Positions 9,766-20,686 of a DNA stretch of 64,000 nt are shown here, piece by piece (the first letter of the stretch is position 1; each line of letters begins with the position of its first letter). The DNA comes from an uncultured Bacillaceae bacterium (GTDB lineage: Bacteria; Bacillota; Bacilli; Bacillales; Cytobacillaceae). The stretch lies in assembly GCA_963708895.1 (NCBI GenBank), contig CAVPUE010000010.1, positions 33,651-97,650 of the forward strand. The letters are read 5' to 3'. Made by a program: the position numbers and the translations under genes. The notes under the pieces are model-generated. The model searched no databases. It worked only from the letters and a program-made list of their open reading frames with translations, and was not told the origin of the DNA.

Positions 9766-12700
9766 TACTAACCTCCTTTTTCATTAATTCAAGGGCTTGC
9801 TCTTTTGATCTTGGTACAAGCAAACGATAATGATTTTCCTCCATTGATTCATCAAACTGACAAACCGGTTTATACGAACAAAATGTACACGGGATTCGAT
9901 CTTTTAGTTTATATGGATCTAGCGCTACATTTCCTTCTGATATCGCATTTCCTGTTTTTACATATAAATGATGTAAATAATCACTAATCCCTTCAAATTC
10001 TTGCTTGCTGGCAACTTTTGAATGTTTGGCAAACGATCCATCCTTATTGATTTTTGCTGGAATAATATTCGATGTAGACCCCGAATCCAAATTCAAATCC
10101 ATCATTTTAACGGCATTTTCTTCACCAAGTACAAGTCCATTCATTTTAAACTTCTTGAACAATTCCTTTTCAATATCCTCTAACGTCAGAATTTTCTTCG
10201 CACTAATCATTGGATTATGCACATGAAAATAAAGCACTCCTGCAGGCGTCGCCTCTTCTCCAATTAAGGTCGTTGAGTGATGCACAATAAGATCTAAATA
10301 AGTGAGCATTTGCAAGGTGATTCCATAGTAGACTTCACTTAAGTTTAACTCTTTCGCACTTGATTTATAGTCAATGATCCTTAAATAGACACCATGATCA
10401 TCTTTTGCTTTATCTACACGGTCAATCCGACCGATAAGCTCCATTTTTGTGCCATTTCTCAGTTTAAATGATAATGGCGGCAATTCTCTTTTTGGACCAA
10501 ATGCTATTTCTAGTCCAACAGGTGAGAATCCACTTACCTTTGCATGCTCACTTAAAATAATCGATGCCCGACTAATGATTTGCTCTAATTTCCGTTTAAT
10601 ATACGTATGACGATTTGAGCTGTTTAAAATTTCATGTTGCAGCTTTGGTGCTAAAATTTCTACAGCCTCTTTTGCCAATTGTTCAGATTGTTCCCTTGTC
10701 AGGTCAGACCAAGAAATCTTACTGTCCATAACGGTTTCTGCAATATATTTTAAGGCTGCATGGAACAGTTCTCCAATATCAGGTGCTTCTAATCGAAACA
10801 CTTGACGTTCTCGTAGTTTCAGTCCATGCTGAGCGAAATGAGAGAACTGACAGCTATGAAAAAGCTCCATTCTCGAAACACTTGCTTGAATCGTATCACC
10901 ATATAATTCCTGACTCAGATCCTCTGACAACTGTTTCACTGCGTTTTGATAATGTAAACTTGATAGCACACGGAGTGCGCTTTTTCTGTTTGCTCCTTCA
11001 ACATACCAGTTATAGACATCCCACCAAAAATCAGCTACTGGATACTGTCGTTTTTTCATTTGCAACTGTGAAGTTAAGTAGGACAAACTTCTATTACTAT
11101 GTGAAATATATGGAAGTTGCTCTGTTTCAGGCAATTCTACTGGATCTGTCATGTATACCAATCTGTCATGTTCAGGGAATAAATCTTGCATTCTTTTGAT
11201 ATAAAGAGATGGCATGAGTGCGTTCCCTTCTTCGTTTGCAAGTGGATAGCTGATGTACAACTGATGTGATGGTGTTGTGAACGCCAGATAAGCTATAAAT
11301 TCTTCATCTAATAGTCTTGTTTTGCTTGTTGGAGCAATCTTTAACCCATTTTGAATGATCTTTTCACGATCTTCATCTGCAAGGATGCCATCATCTGTAA
11401 ATTTCTTTGGTAATACCCCTTCATTTAAGCCAATGATAAAAGCAACCTTAACATTGGATAATCTTGATTTTTCTAAATCCCCTGCTAATACTTGGTCCAT
11501 TGCTGGTGGTACAAGTGAAAATCGCAGTGATTCTAATCCAGCTTCCAATATTTTTGAAAAGGTTGGTAAGGATAGTTTTTCATTCCCTAAAATTTCAACA
11601 AATTGATCCAAAATATCAATGATCGCGTTCCAAGCTTGATCATGCTCTCTCGCTTTAACAAGATTCCCTTTCTCTTCTTCTGCGGTTTTCCATTTTTCAA
11701 GCTTTGCTGGAATATCTAATTCCTCGATAAACAAATAAAGTGCTTCTCCCAACTGACGACCATTCACAGCCTTTTTCAACCGTCTTGAAAGCCGAAGAAT
11801 CGGTTCTGTTACAATCAAGCGTAATTCATTTAAGATTTGTTCAATTTGCCGCTCTTTATCCGTTTGAGCCATATTTTCTAATTCTAAGCCTTGAATCCGG
11901 CGGTACTTCCATTGCTCTCTTTTTGTCCATTTATCGCCTTTAATGCCAAAAGCTAATACATAGTTTTCAAGTAGATCCATTTGTTCTCGAAGCTTTTCCA
12001 CTTTTTGTCCAAGTGGAAATAAAAGTTCCGTTTTAATGGCTCGAAAAACAGGTTCATATCTCCAGTTACTGTTAATCATTTCAAGAACAGATCGAATAAG
12101 CTCAACTAATGGATGGTGAAGCATCGTTCTTTTTTGATCAATGAAATAGGGAATCTCATGGTCTTGAAAAATCGTTTCAATCAACTCATGATAATCCTGT
12201 CCATTTCTCATTAATAAGGCTATATCACGATAGCGATAATTTTCCTCATGGACAAGTCGTCGGATATTTCGAGCAACCCCTTCTATTTCTGCTCTTCGAT
12301 TCACAGCCTCTGCAAGATGTATGGAACCCTCACCTTTGTAACGTTGTACAGGACGGGAATCAAAATAAGATTCAAGATGCTGTAGTGCTGGATTTTGCCA
12401 TCGTTGTTGTTCTTGTAAGATGATTTTCTCTACTGACAAGCCATTAACAGCAGCCATTTCCATTAGCGTCCTGCCATTTTCACCTGACAGACGAAACAAA
12501 TGTAAATCATCTGGTCTCTGTTCATGAAACAGGCTGATCAAGTGTTAATGTAATAGAAATTTCAGGACAATGTTTCATTAATTGCTCAATAATCATATAC
12601 TCTTGAGGAGTAAAGCTATGAAATCCATCTATATAGATTTCCGCATTTTTCAATAAAAGCGATTCGTTGATTTTCTCTGATAACAATCGGAAATAATCTT

Positions 12701-13235
12701 CTGAATCAATGTATTTATTGGATAATTCCGCTTCAAAATTTTCATAAATTAGCTGTAAATCATGAAGTTTATCTTTCAATACTTTTTCACTTTGTTCATT
12801 TTGTCCGACTTCAATTAATTCTTGTGGTTGAACACAATAACGTTTAAACTCGATAAGCATCTGTTCCATTCTACTAATAAAACCTGCTTTATCTGCTGCA
12901 GTACTGTATAAGTGCAATTCTTCTTTTTTATCTTCTATAATCTTTTGAATCAGCATACTAATTCCCGTACTATTTAAATGATAGCGGCTAATCCCGCCTG
13001 TTTCTTGAAGTACCTTCCATGCTAGACGGGTGAATGAAAATACTTGCGCTCGAATCATTCCACCAAGGCCGGGAGTTTGGATTAATTGATATTCAGATAA
13101 AAACGTCATTTGTTCTGGTACAATATAAAGAATGGGATTCCCTTTAGGATTTTCCAATAATTTATCTTTGATTTCTTCAAGACATTTTGAAGTCTTTCCA
13201 GTTCCTGAACGTCCTATGATTAAACGAACTGACAT
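9749..13235 (-). CDS. addB: Helicase-nuclease AddAB subunit B (split at about 12530)
   Basis: GRSGTGKT, VPEQMTF, GRIDRVD...IIDYKSS, Fe-S cysteines (CQF; PCTFCSYKPVC). Confidence 0.97.
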
Positions 13236-13394
13236 TTTTTCTCCCCCTTCCAGATTATTTTTATCTTAACACACCTGCTTCGTTCAATATAAAAAACAAC
13301 TTCCATTTAAAAAAGACCCGCATTTTACGAATCTTTTCGAAAACTCTTTACCATCTATTTCAAAGTCATATTTTCATTTCATGAGCTTGTCCTT

Positions 13395-13958
13395 TTAAAA
13401 AGTAACATCTATTTGATCAATCGGCCAATAGCGAAGATCTACTTTGCCAACTACTTGATCGATTGAGACAAAACCAAATTCACGACTATCTCGACTTCCG
13501 AGACGATTATCCCCTAACACGAAAATATGCCCCTCTGGTACCGTATCTGCTCCTGTCAATTCCAATAACGTAAAATCTCCTGTTAAACGTCCTCCAAACG
13601 TTTCTTTACGATACTTATCTAAATAAGTCTCCTCCTGTTTTTTTCCATTGAGATAAAGGACATCATTCCGATATTCAACCGTATCTCCTGGTAATCCGAT
13701 AATCCGTTTTATATAGTCTTCCTCTTGATTTGCGTGAAAGACGATGACATCAAAACGATTGAGTTCCCCAATTTGAAAGCCAATTTTATTCACAACGAGT
13801 TTGTTACCATCTTGTAAAGTTGGCATCATTGACTCACCTTCAACGATATAATTGGAGAAAAAGAATGTACGAATAAAGGCAAAAATGATGATTCCAATGG
13901 CAAATGCCTTTAACCATTCTACACCTTCTTTTTTGACTTCCTCTTTCATATACACCAC
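13395..13958 (-). CDS. lepB: Signal peptidase I (SipV position)
   Basis: VEGESMMPTL catalytic Ser, YIKRIIG Lys, GDNRLGSRDSR. Confidence 0.95.
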   Translation of the reverse strand: MVYMKEEVKKEGVEWLKAFAIGIIIFAFIRTFFFSNYIVEGESMMPTLQDGNKLVVNKIGFQIGELNRFDVIVFHANQEEDYIKRIIGLPGDTVEYRNDVLYLNGKKQEETYLDKYRKETFGGRLTGDFTLLELTGADTVPEGHIFVLGDNRLGSRDSREFGFVSIDQVVGKVDLRYWPIDQIDVTF

Positions 13959-13974
13959 ACTCTCTTTCCCGGAA

Positions 13975-14598
13975 TCAATGTCCTCGGCTTCTTTGTTTCT
14001 CTTCTACTCCCTTATTAATTCTAACTTCAATTCTTTTCCCGACATACCAAAGAATAAAGATAACTACACCGACAATGGCTGTCCTAAATGGCTGTGTTAA
14101 AAGCGATTGGATATCATATCCAATAAAACTCACGATAAAGATCATCACCAGTTTACCACCCATCACCGCTAACATATATTGTTTCCTACTAATTTTGGAT
14201 AGACCTGCCACAATATTGACAATCGCTGATGGAGTAAATGGAAAGCATAAAAGAATAAACAATGGACCAAATCCACGTTGCTCGACCCAATGCATTAATT
14301 TATTCACTTGTTTATGCTTCGTTAAAAAATTTAATGCTCTTCTACGACCATATTTTCTAATAATCCAAAAAACAAGTAATGCACCTAGACATGCACCACT
14401 CCAGGAAAATAAGAAACCAAGCCAAAGTCCAAAAGCATTTACATTAGCCATGATAAATATAACTAATGGTAAAAACGGCAGAAAAGCCTCTAACATTGGA
14501 AGTACAATACCTGGTATAGGTCCAAATGAGCGGTATTCCTGAATGAGTTGCATAATTTTTTCAAGTGTAAACCATTCTTTTACTATTTCAAAGTCCAT
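13975..14598 (-). CDS. TVP38/TMEM64 (YhjE-like) membrane protein
   Basis: 207 aa hydrophobic, FPFTPSAIVNIVAGL motif, adjacent to the signal peptidase as in B. subtilis. Confidence 0.88.
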   Translation of the reverse strand: MDFEIVKEWFTLEKIMQLIQEYRSFGPIPGIVLPMLEAFLPFLPLVIFIMANVNAFGLWLGFLFSWSGACLGALLVFWIIRKYGRRRALNFLTKHKQVNKLMHWVEQRGFGPLFILLCFPFTPSAIVNIVAGLSKISRKQYMLAVMGGKLVMIFIVSFIGYDIQSLLTQPFRTAIVGVVIFILWYVGKRIEVRINKGVEEKQRSRGH

Positions 14599-14728
14599 TC
14601 ATAATTTCTCCTAATGATGCATGAAAAAGCAATTTTCCCAACTTTAGTCCCACCTAATTTTTAAAAACTTATCTATTTCCTATTTACTATCTATGATTTT
14701 ACTTATTATCACCTTGAGTCTCTTAAAT

Positions 14729-15682
14729 TTATTTATTTAAAAATTCTCCAATTGCTTTACCGTTAGCATCAAGGTCCATTCGTAATATTTCTCCTACTCC
14801 GCTAATCCTCTGCGGTTTAAATCCGCCTTCAATTGGAATACGAAGTGTATCTATTTCTCGATTCTCGCCTGATAGATAATCTTTTCCTATATATATAATA
14901 TCTGAAGTATTCATGTTTGTATTCACAAAAGGTTTCATAACCCCTACTAATTTAGGAAGCTTTGGTAATGTTTGAAATGAGGCAAATTGCGAGACAACTT
15001 CCTTTACGACTTTTTGCTGCCTTTCTACACGATTGAAATCGCCCATTGCATCATGCCGAAATCGTACATATCCTAATAAATGCTCACCATCAAGGTGTTG
15101 AACACCGGGTTCGAGAGTGACTCCAATGTATTCAGACATGGCCTTTTCTACTTCAATTTCTACACCCGTTGGAAAAGCTTCATCAATCAAATGAACAAAG
15201 CCCTCAAAATCAATAATCGCATAATACTGAACATCTACATCAAAGTTCTCTTTGATTGTTTTCCGAAGAAGCTCTGGACCCCCTAATGCAAAAGCCGTAT
15301 TAATTCTATTTTTTCCATAATTAGGAATATCTACATATGTATCACGCATAATAGATATTAACTTATATGAATGTTTTTCAGGATGGTACTGAGCAATCAT
15401 AATCGTATCAGACCTTGCCCCTTCTTCTCCTCTTGAATCACTGCCCATCAAAAGAATATTCGTCCCACCATTTTGCCCCTTTTTGCCGTTAAATTCATAT
15501 ACTTTCTGATCAAGGTTTGCCTGATCGATTGAATTATTAATGCCCTGTTGATACTGAAAAAATATATATCCAAATGCAAGCAGGATGAGAAAAAAGAATA
15601 ATAATACGCTTTTACGTAATCTTCTTTTCTTTCTCCGTTTTTTTAACGTTTTTCTTTCTTGACTTTTATCATATCTCATCAC
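14729..15682 (-). CDS. LCP (LytR-CpsA-Psr) family wall-polymer transferase
   Basis: Basic tail plus one TM helix; NILLMGSD...RSDTIMI...SIMRDT...RFRHD. Confidence 0.93.
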   Translation of the reverse strand: MMRYDKSQERKTLKKRRKKRRLRKSVLLFFFLILLAFGYIFFQYQQGINNSIDQANLDQKVYEFNGKKGQNGGTNILLMGSDSRGEEGARSDTIMIAQYHPEKHSYKLISIMRDTYVDIPNYGKNRINTAFALGGPELLRKTIKENFDVDVQYYAIIDFEGFVHLIDEAFPTGVEIEVEKAMSEYIGVTLEPGVQHLDGEHLLGYVRFRHDAMGDFNRVERQQKVVKEVVSQFASFQTLPKLPKLVGVMKPFVNTNMNTSDIIYIGKDYLSGENREIDTLRIPIEGGFKPQRISGVGEILRMDLDANGKAIGEFLNK

Positions 15683-15791
15683 GCAAGACCCCTATTCATT
15701 CCCTTTTCCATACTACATTTTATTTTACCTTAAAAAGGGATCACCTGCGTAATAATAAGTTATTTCATCCTTTTATTTTGGATATTATGCC

Positions 15792-15833
15792 AAGGCTTTC
15801 TTCTCAAAACAACCTTTGTTAAAAAGAAAACAG
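15792..15833. repeat. Degenerate, collapsed copy of MITE-like family A
   Basis: AAGGCTTTCTTCTCAAAAC...AAGAAAACAG resembles both ends of the family A element. Confidence 0.45.
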
Positions 15834-15865
15834 AAGCATGCTCCAGTGTCCCATGCTTCTGCTTA
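15829..15865 (-). terminator. comK terminator
   Basis: CAGAAGCATG-loop-CATGCTTCTG followed by a T run on the minus strand. Confidence 0.8.
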
Positions 15866-15889
15866 AAAGAATTTAATGATAACGAATCC

Positions 15890-16450
15890 CTATCTCCTAT
15901 TATCTTCTCCATATCCAGTTACTTGCTCAGATGCTCTAGAATGATTATTGTATAAAACCATATTTCTTCGATTATGTTCATTGAGCTTTTGAGCTAACTT
16001 TGTTCGTAATAAAGCTGTTCTAAATAACTGAGTTTCAAAGGAATAAATAGAAATTGGAATAACAATCGATAAATTGTTTCTAAAAATAACCTGTGTATTT
16101 TTTGAATTGACTTTCTTATAATCTTTTACATGTTCATGGGAAATCCAGGCACATTGAGGCTTATTTGGTGAAATGGTTGGAAAATAAAACATTGAATTTG
16201 TGGAGTCAATCGTAATTGGTATTTTATGAGTAATTCCAGTTAAATGCCTGCTCCCAGCTTTCCTACCCTCATAACTAGAGCAATATGTAATACAGCCTTT
16301 TTTGATCAGATCTAACGGTTTGTATGGGATATATAATTCCTCATCAAGCTGATACACCTTAGAATATAATTTCCCACCATACTCCATAGGTAGGACTGCG
16401 ATGGTTAAAGGATTAATTTCAAAATCTTCTAGTAGTTCTTTCTCGTTCAT
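15890..16450 (-). CDS. comK: Competence transcription factor ComK
   Basis: 186 aa, EINPLTIAVLP...SSYEGRK...THKIPI...FPTISP...CAWIS. Divergent from the yhzC homologue as in B. subtilis. Confidence 0.93.
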   Translation of the reverse strand: MNEKELLEDFEINPLTIAVLPMEYGGKLYSKVYQLDEELYIPYKPLDLIKKGCITYCSSYEGRKAGSRHLTGITHKIPITIDSTNSMFYFPTISPNKPQCAWISHEHVKDYKKVNSKNTQVIFRNNLSIVIPISIYSFETQLFRTALLRTKLAQKLNEHNRRNMVLYNNHSRASEQVTGYGEDNRR

Positions 16451-16618
16451 CCATTACATCTCCTTTAAATACGATTAAATTCCAGGTACAATCATAACAT
16501 AAAAAACCCATTTTTTGCCTTAAATCCAAGTCTTTATTTCTAGTTAATTATCACATTTCTTAATTTAGTCACATGTATGCCTATTTTAAATTATTTTCTA
16601 AATATTTGTAAGATTCAG

Positions 16619-16647
16619 TTGATTAATCCTTTATTATTACATATAAT
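16619..16647 (+). promoter_or_regulatory. SigmaA promoter of the IDEAL-domain gene
   Basis: TTGATT-17 nt-TATAAT. Confidence 0.7.
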
Positions 16648-16700
16648 ATAAAGAAAAACTCATTCAAAAAGTGAGTTAAAAAGAAATCGAGGTGATTATT

Positions 16701-16938
16701 ATGAAAGATCATTCCTATACGGAGCTAACGAAATCCAATGCCATGAACAAGAAGAAATTAAAAGAAGGTTACATGCTTGACTTGTATATCGACATGTTCC
16801 TAGCTGAAATTCTTTTAAAAGCAGAAAAAGAAAAATTAATCAATAAAATTGACAAAGCTATCGATGAACGAAATCAAAAAGAGCTTTATGGAGCTTTCCA
16901 ATCAATACAAAGAACTTAGCAAACGTTTTGGTACCTAG
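16701..16938 (+). CDS. IDEAL-domain protein (YhzC-like), one extra A near 16888
   Basis: MKDHSYTEL...KIDKAIDERNQK. Removing one A gives SFMELSNQYKELSKRFGT-stop. Confidence 0.8.
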
Positions 16939-17003
16939 CCGAGAAGGAGTTCATACACACCCTATTCCCCTCAAAAATTAATCTCCTTTTTGCCATCATT
17001 TAT

Positions 17004-17119
17004 TAAGGCTGTTTTCGTATAGTTTGTTGTTAAAATCCAAAGGCCTATGTCTCCTTGAAAACAAGTCAATCCTCTTTTTATCACTCCAAAAGAAACAAGG
17101 TTTGAGAAAAGAGCCTTTA
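17004..17119. mobile_element. MITE-like element, family A, complete copy
   Basis: Imperfect terminal inverted repeats TAAGGCTGTTTTCGTA / TGAGAAAAGAGCCTTTA, no transposase. A 25-nt block is identical to the copies at 19.4 and 40.3 kb. Confidence 0.75.
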
Positions 17120-17157
17120 TGAAACGCAATCTAAGCGCTGTGTCCATCCAATTCCCC

Positions 17158-17194
17158 AAAAACATCCTCCTGTAACACAAAGGAGGATGTTTTC
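17158..17194. terminator. Bidirectional terminator at the 3' end of yhfN
   Basis: AAAACATCCTCCT-loop-AGGAGGATGTTTT. Confidence 0.85.
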
Positions 17195-17200
17195 ATGATA

Positions 17201-18472
17201 TTATGAATCGTCATGTTTTCGTTCGTATTCTTCTAAAGTTGAAATTCTTTCTAACATGGTCGGATGGCCATAACGGAAAAATTTCACTAAAAACGGCGGA
17301 TTTACTTGACTAAGTCCTGCACGTGTTAATTCTTGAAAGGTAGTGATTCCTGCCTCAGAGTTTTTTGTCAATTCTATCGCATACCGATCTGCCCTTGTTT
17401 CTTGATATCGTGAAATACTATGATCGATTGGACTTGAGACAAAAAGTAACATCGACATAATCAATAAAAAGAGTGGTAAAGAATGTAAATCGGAAATGGA
17501 TGATATTTTGAGTACTTCACCGTAACGATGAACAGCCCAACTCATCAACCTATAGATCAGATATAACCCCACTAAAGAGAATAGTAAAGAAGTAGCAATA
17601 CCAAAATAGATATGTTTTTCCACGTAGTGAGCCATTTCATGTGCCATGATAAATAAAATCTGCTCATTGGATAGTTGATTTAACGTCGTATCCCAAAGAA
17701 CAATTCTTGCATTGGCCCCGATTCCTGTCACATAGGCATTTAAACCATTCGTTTTTTCCGCCATATTGACTTCAAATACATGGTCAGCTGGAATATCAGA
17801 CTTATTCGCTAACTCCAAAATTTGTGCTTCTAGTTCTTTATCCTTTAATGGATAAAAATCATTATAAAGAGGATCAATCACAACAGGTTGTAAAAACATC
17901 ATAAACAATGTAAATGGAACAGATAAAAGCCAAGCGTATAACCACCATCTTTTTTGGCTTTTCTTCATTAACCAGTAAAGCACCGAGACAACCAAAAACA
18001 TCAATCCAAAGCCTATCCAAAAATCAATCAGTTGATCCTTCATCCATGATGTAAACGTCTGCGTGGAAATATGATAACTCTTTGAAAGTGTAAAGCTAAT
18101 ATAACTGATAGGTAGTGTCACAATGAATGAAATGATACATAGCAAAAATAAGTAAATCCCATTTTGTATCCATTTGTATGGAGAAATCGTTTTTGCGTTA
18201 GTTTCAAAAACTTTGGACAAACCAAGTAGTAAGATAAACAAATAAAAAAGCCACTCAAATGGAGTTGCCAAAAAGAATAATAAATTACGGATCATCGAGT
18301 ACTCTTCCGTTAACATCAGTTCTCTTCCGCTTAAAAAGGTGGCAGGATCTGCCTGAGTTCCTTGATATTCAAATGGTAAAGAAGTATCAGCAAAATAAAA
18401 TAAATACAAATAAAAAAATAATCCATATAGGAAATAAGCTAATACCCCATACATCCCAATCTTTCTCGCCAC
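17201..18472 (-). CDS. M48 membrane metallopeptidase (YhfN-like)
   Basis: HEMAH zinc motif, NAYVTGIG, QETRADRYA, HPTMLERI, multiple TM helices. Confidence 0.92.
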   Translation of the reverse strand: MARKIGMYGVLAYFLYGLFFYLYLFYFADTSLPFEYQGTQADPATFLSGRELMLTEEYSMIRNLLFFLATPFEWLFYLFILLLGLSKVFETNAKTISPYKWIQNGIYLFLLCIISFIVTLPISYISFTLSKSYHISTQTFTSWMKDQLIDFWIGFGLMFLVVSVLYWLMKKSQKRWWLYAWLLSVPFTLFMMFLQPVVIDPLYNDFYPLKDKELEAQILELANKSDIPADHVFEVNMAEKTNGLNAYVTGIGANARIVLWDTTLNQLSNEQILFIMAHEMAHYVEKHIYFGIATSLLFSLVGLYLIYRLMSWAVHRYGEVLKISSISDLHSLPLFLLIMSMLLFVSSPIDHSISRYQETRADRYAIELTKNSEAGITTFQELTRAGLSQVNPPFLVKFFRYGHPTMLERISTLEEYERKHDDS

Positions 18473-18572
18473 CTAATCTCCCCCCTTTCAAATTGTCCAA
18501 CTCCTTATTATAGTCTAATAAAAAGATGTACAACTTAGAACAAAAAAAGGAGCTGATTTTGATATCAGTCTC

Positions 18573-19376
18573 CTAAATTAACATGGCTCGATCACTATTC
18601 ATTTGTTCTCCACGAATTCGTTGGAACTCTGCGAGAAGTTTTTCAACCGTTAATTGCTGTTTTTCTTCTTTATTCGCTTCGAAAATGATTTGCCCTTTAT
18701 CCATCATGATCAAGCGGTTTCCTAAATCTAATGCTTGTTGCATATTATGTGTAACCATTAAAGTGGTTAAATTATTATTTTGGACAATATCTCTTGTTAG
18801 GTTCGTAATGAGTTCTGCACGTGAAGGATCCAGCGCTGCTGTGTGCTCATCAAGTAAAAGAATCTTTGGATCTGTAAAAGTGGCCATTAAGAGTGAAAGC
18901 GCTTGTCTTTCACCACCTGATAATAACCCTACTTTGGCTTCTAAACGATTCTCTAATCCAAGATGTAATGTTTCTAATTTTTGTATAAAGAAGTCTCTTC
19001 TTTTCTTCGAAACACCTATTCTTAGTCCTCTATTTTTTGTTCTAGAAAAAGCAATCGCTAAATTTTCTTCAATCGTCATCGTTGGAGCAGACCCAGCCAT
19101 TGGATCTTGGAAAACACGACCGACTAACTTTGCACGATTATGTTCTTTTACATATGTGACATTTTTGCCATCAATCGTAACAGAACCAATGTCTGTAAAT
19201 ATTTTCCCAGAAATAATATTCATTAAAGTAGATTTTCCGGCACCGTTACTTCCTATAACGGTTACAAAATCTCCCGGCTCTAGTTCAAGTGATATTTCAT
19301 GTAAGGCTATTTTTTCATCAGGGGTGCCTTCATTAAATACTTTATTAATTTGTTTTAATTGTAACAAAGTAATCAC
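18573..19376 (-). CDS. ABC transporter ATP-binding subunit (aromatic amino acid importer type)
   Basis: GSNGAGKST, LSGGERQ, LLLDEHTAALDP, VTH. Confidence 0.93.
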   Translation of the reverse strand: MITLLQLKQINKVFNEGTPDEKIALHEISLELEPGDFVTVIGSNGAGKSTLMNIISGKIFTDIGSVTIDGKNVTYVKEHNRAKLVGRVFQDPMAGSAPTMTIEENLAIAFSRTKNRGLRIGVSKKRRDFFIQKLETLHLGLENRLEAKVGLLSGGERQALSLLMATFTDPKILLLDEHTAALDPSRAELITNLTRDIVQNNNLTTLMVTHNMQQALDLGNRLIMMDKGQIIFEANKEEKQQLTVEKLLAEFQRIRGEQMNSDRAMLI

Positions 19377-19392
19377 CTCGCTTTTTTATTAT

Positions 19393-19574
19393 AGTTCTTT
19401 TCTCAAACCTTGTTACTTTTGGAGAGAAAAAAGCTGATTGTCCTTGTACTCACATTAACATTGGACTTTATTTTTGAGAAAAGAGCTGCAAATTTTATTC
19501 TAAGGTACAAAACAGCTTATTTCTACGTTAAAATCGGCCTTTGGATTTTAACAACAAACTTTATGACAGTAGTT
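19393..19574. mobile_element. MITE-like element, family A, composite copy inside the ABC operon
   Basis: Both family ends plus an internal inverted end at 19473-19486. The 43-nt block 19521-19563 is identical to 40332-40374. Confidence 0.75.
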
Positions 19575-19584
19575 TTTATTTATG

Positions 19585-20568
19585 TTATGCTGTACGATTA
19601 TTTGCCATCGCCTGCATCCGTTTCTTTTTCCGTTGCTTCTCTTTCCAACTATCATTAACTTTCGGCAATACTAAGGCAACAATAACAATAACGGCAGTAA
19701 TCAGCTTCATATCACCTGTATCTAAAAATTCAACACGAAGTGCCAATGCCACAATGATCCGATAAAGAATCGAACCACCAATAACGGCCAATGTCGCTCT
19801 TACAATTGTTTTTGCTCCAAAAATAGCCTCACCGATAATAACAGAAGCTAACCCAATAACGATTAAACCAATTCCCATACCAACATCACTAAACCCATTA
19901 TACTGAGCAACGAGAGCCCCAGCGAAAGCGACTAAAGCATTTGAAAGTCCCAATCCTAATATTTTCAAAAAGTCTGTATCAGCTGAAAAACTACGAATCA
20001 TCGTTGCATTATCACCAGTAGCACGAACCGCCAAGCCAATATCGGTTCTAAGAAAGTAATCTAAACCTTTCTTTGCAATATAAACGACGATCAGCATGAT
20101 GATGAAAATTCCCCAGGTTTTTGGAATAAATGCCCCGAGGCCCACAGCTGTTAGTACAGAATTAATGGCATCATCAATTTTTAAACTTTGCCAAAAAGCT
20201 GTAAGTTTTGTAATCACGGTTTCCTCTTGAAGCAATGGTACATTCGGTTTACCCATAATCCTTAAATTAATTGAATAAAGTGCAATTTGCATTAAGATCC
20301 CTGCTAAGAGAGCATTGATTTTACCTTTTGTATGAAGAAGTCCTGTTATACATCCAGCAACAAAACCTACGATAAGAGCTAAAAACGTTGCAAGAAAAGG
20401 GTCCATTCCCCCAACAATCAAAACAGCCGATACAGCCGCACCTGTTACGAAAGAACCATCAACGGTCATATCTGGAAAATCTAAGATTCTAAAAGTTAAG
20501 TAGACTCCTAAAGCCATTAGAGCATAAATAATTCCGGCCTCAAACGAACCGAATATAGCATTAAACAT
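19585..20568 (-). CDS. ABC transporter permease (branched-chain/aromatic amino acid type)
   Basis: FPDMTVDGSF, GLAVRATGDN, DVGMGIGLIVIGLASVIIGE. Confidence 0.92.
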   Translation of the reverse strand: MFNAIFGSFEAGIIYALMALGVYLTFRILDFPDMTVDGSFVTGAAVSAVLIVGGMDPFLATFLALIVGFVAGCITGLLHTKGKINALLAGILMQIALYSINLRIMGKPNVPLLQEETVITKLTAFWQSLKIDDAINSVLTAVGLGAFIPKTWGIFIIMLIVVYIAKKGLDYFLRTDIGLAVRATGDNATMIRSFSADTDFLKILGLGLSNALVAFAGALVAQYNGFSDVGMGIGLIVIGLASVIIGEAIFGAKTIVRATLAVIGGSILYRIIVALALRVEFLDTGDMKLITAVIVIVALVLPKVNDSWKEKQRKKKRMQAMANNRTA

Positions 20569-20686
20569 GTTGCAACTCCTTTCTCTAAGAAGAAAATTAT
20601 TCTTTTTAAATTATTCTTTCAATTATCGCTTTATATGAATAATGGGGCTTCCATAAAAAGCAGGAGCCCCATCTTTGATAAGTTCA

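Noticed and set aside
5981-13235. addA and addB as pseudogenes or programmed frameshifts
   Set aside because: The shifts are single-base homopolymer changes with no slippery heptamer plus stimulatory structure, all catalytic motifs are intact, and the same error type recurs across the window.
16502-16535. Full ComK box (paired AT boxes) upstream of comK
   Set aside because: Only one perfect half-site; the second (16522-16534) is 6/8 and off the expected spacing.
16971-17180. Short ORFs sharing KALFSN / IGLWILTTN peptides (also 19410..19658 and 40165..40362)
   Set aside because: The shared peptides are translations of the family A repeat, not a protein family.
18583-19437. 284-aa plus-strand ORF, and many other 60-155 aa ORFs opposite real genes (e.g. 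8807..9196, 10783..11199, 14075..14542, 52672..53031)
   Set aside because: Antisense shadows of well-supported genes, with no RBS or recognisable motifs.
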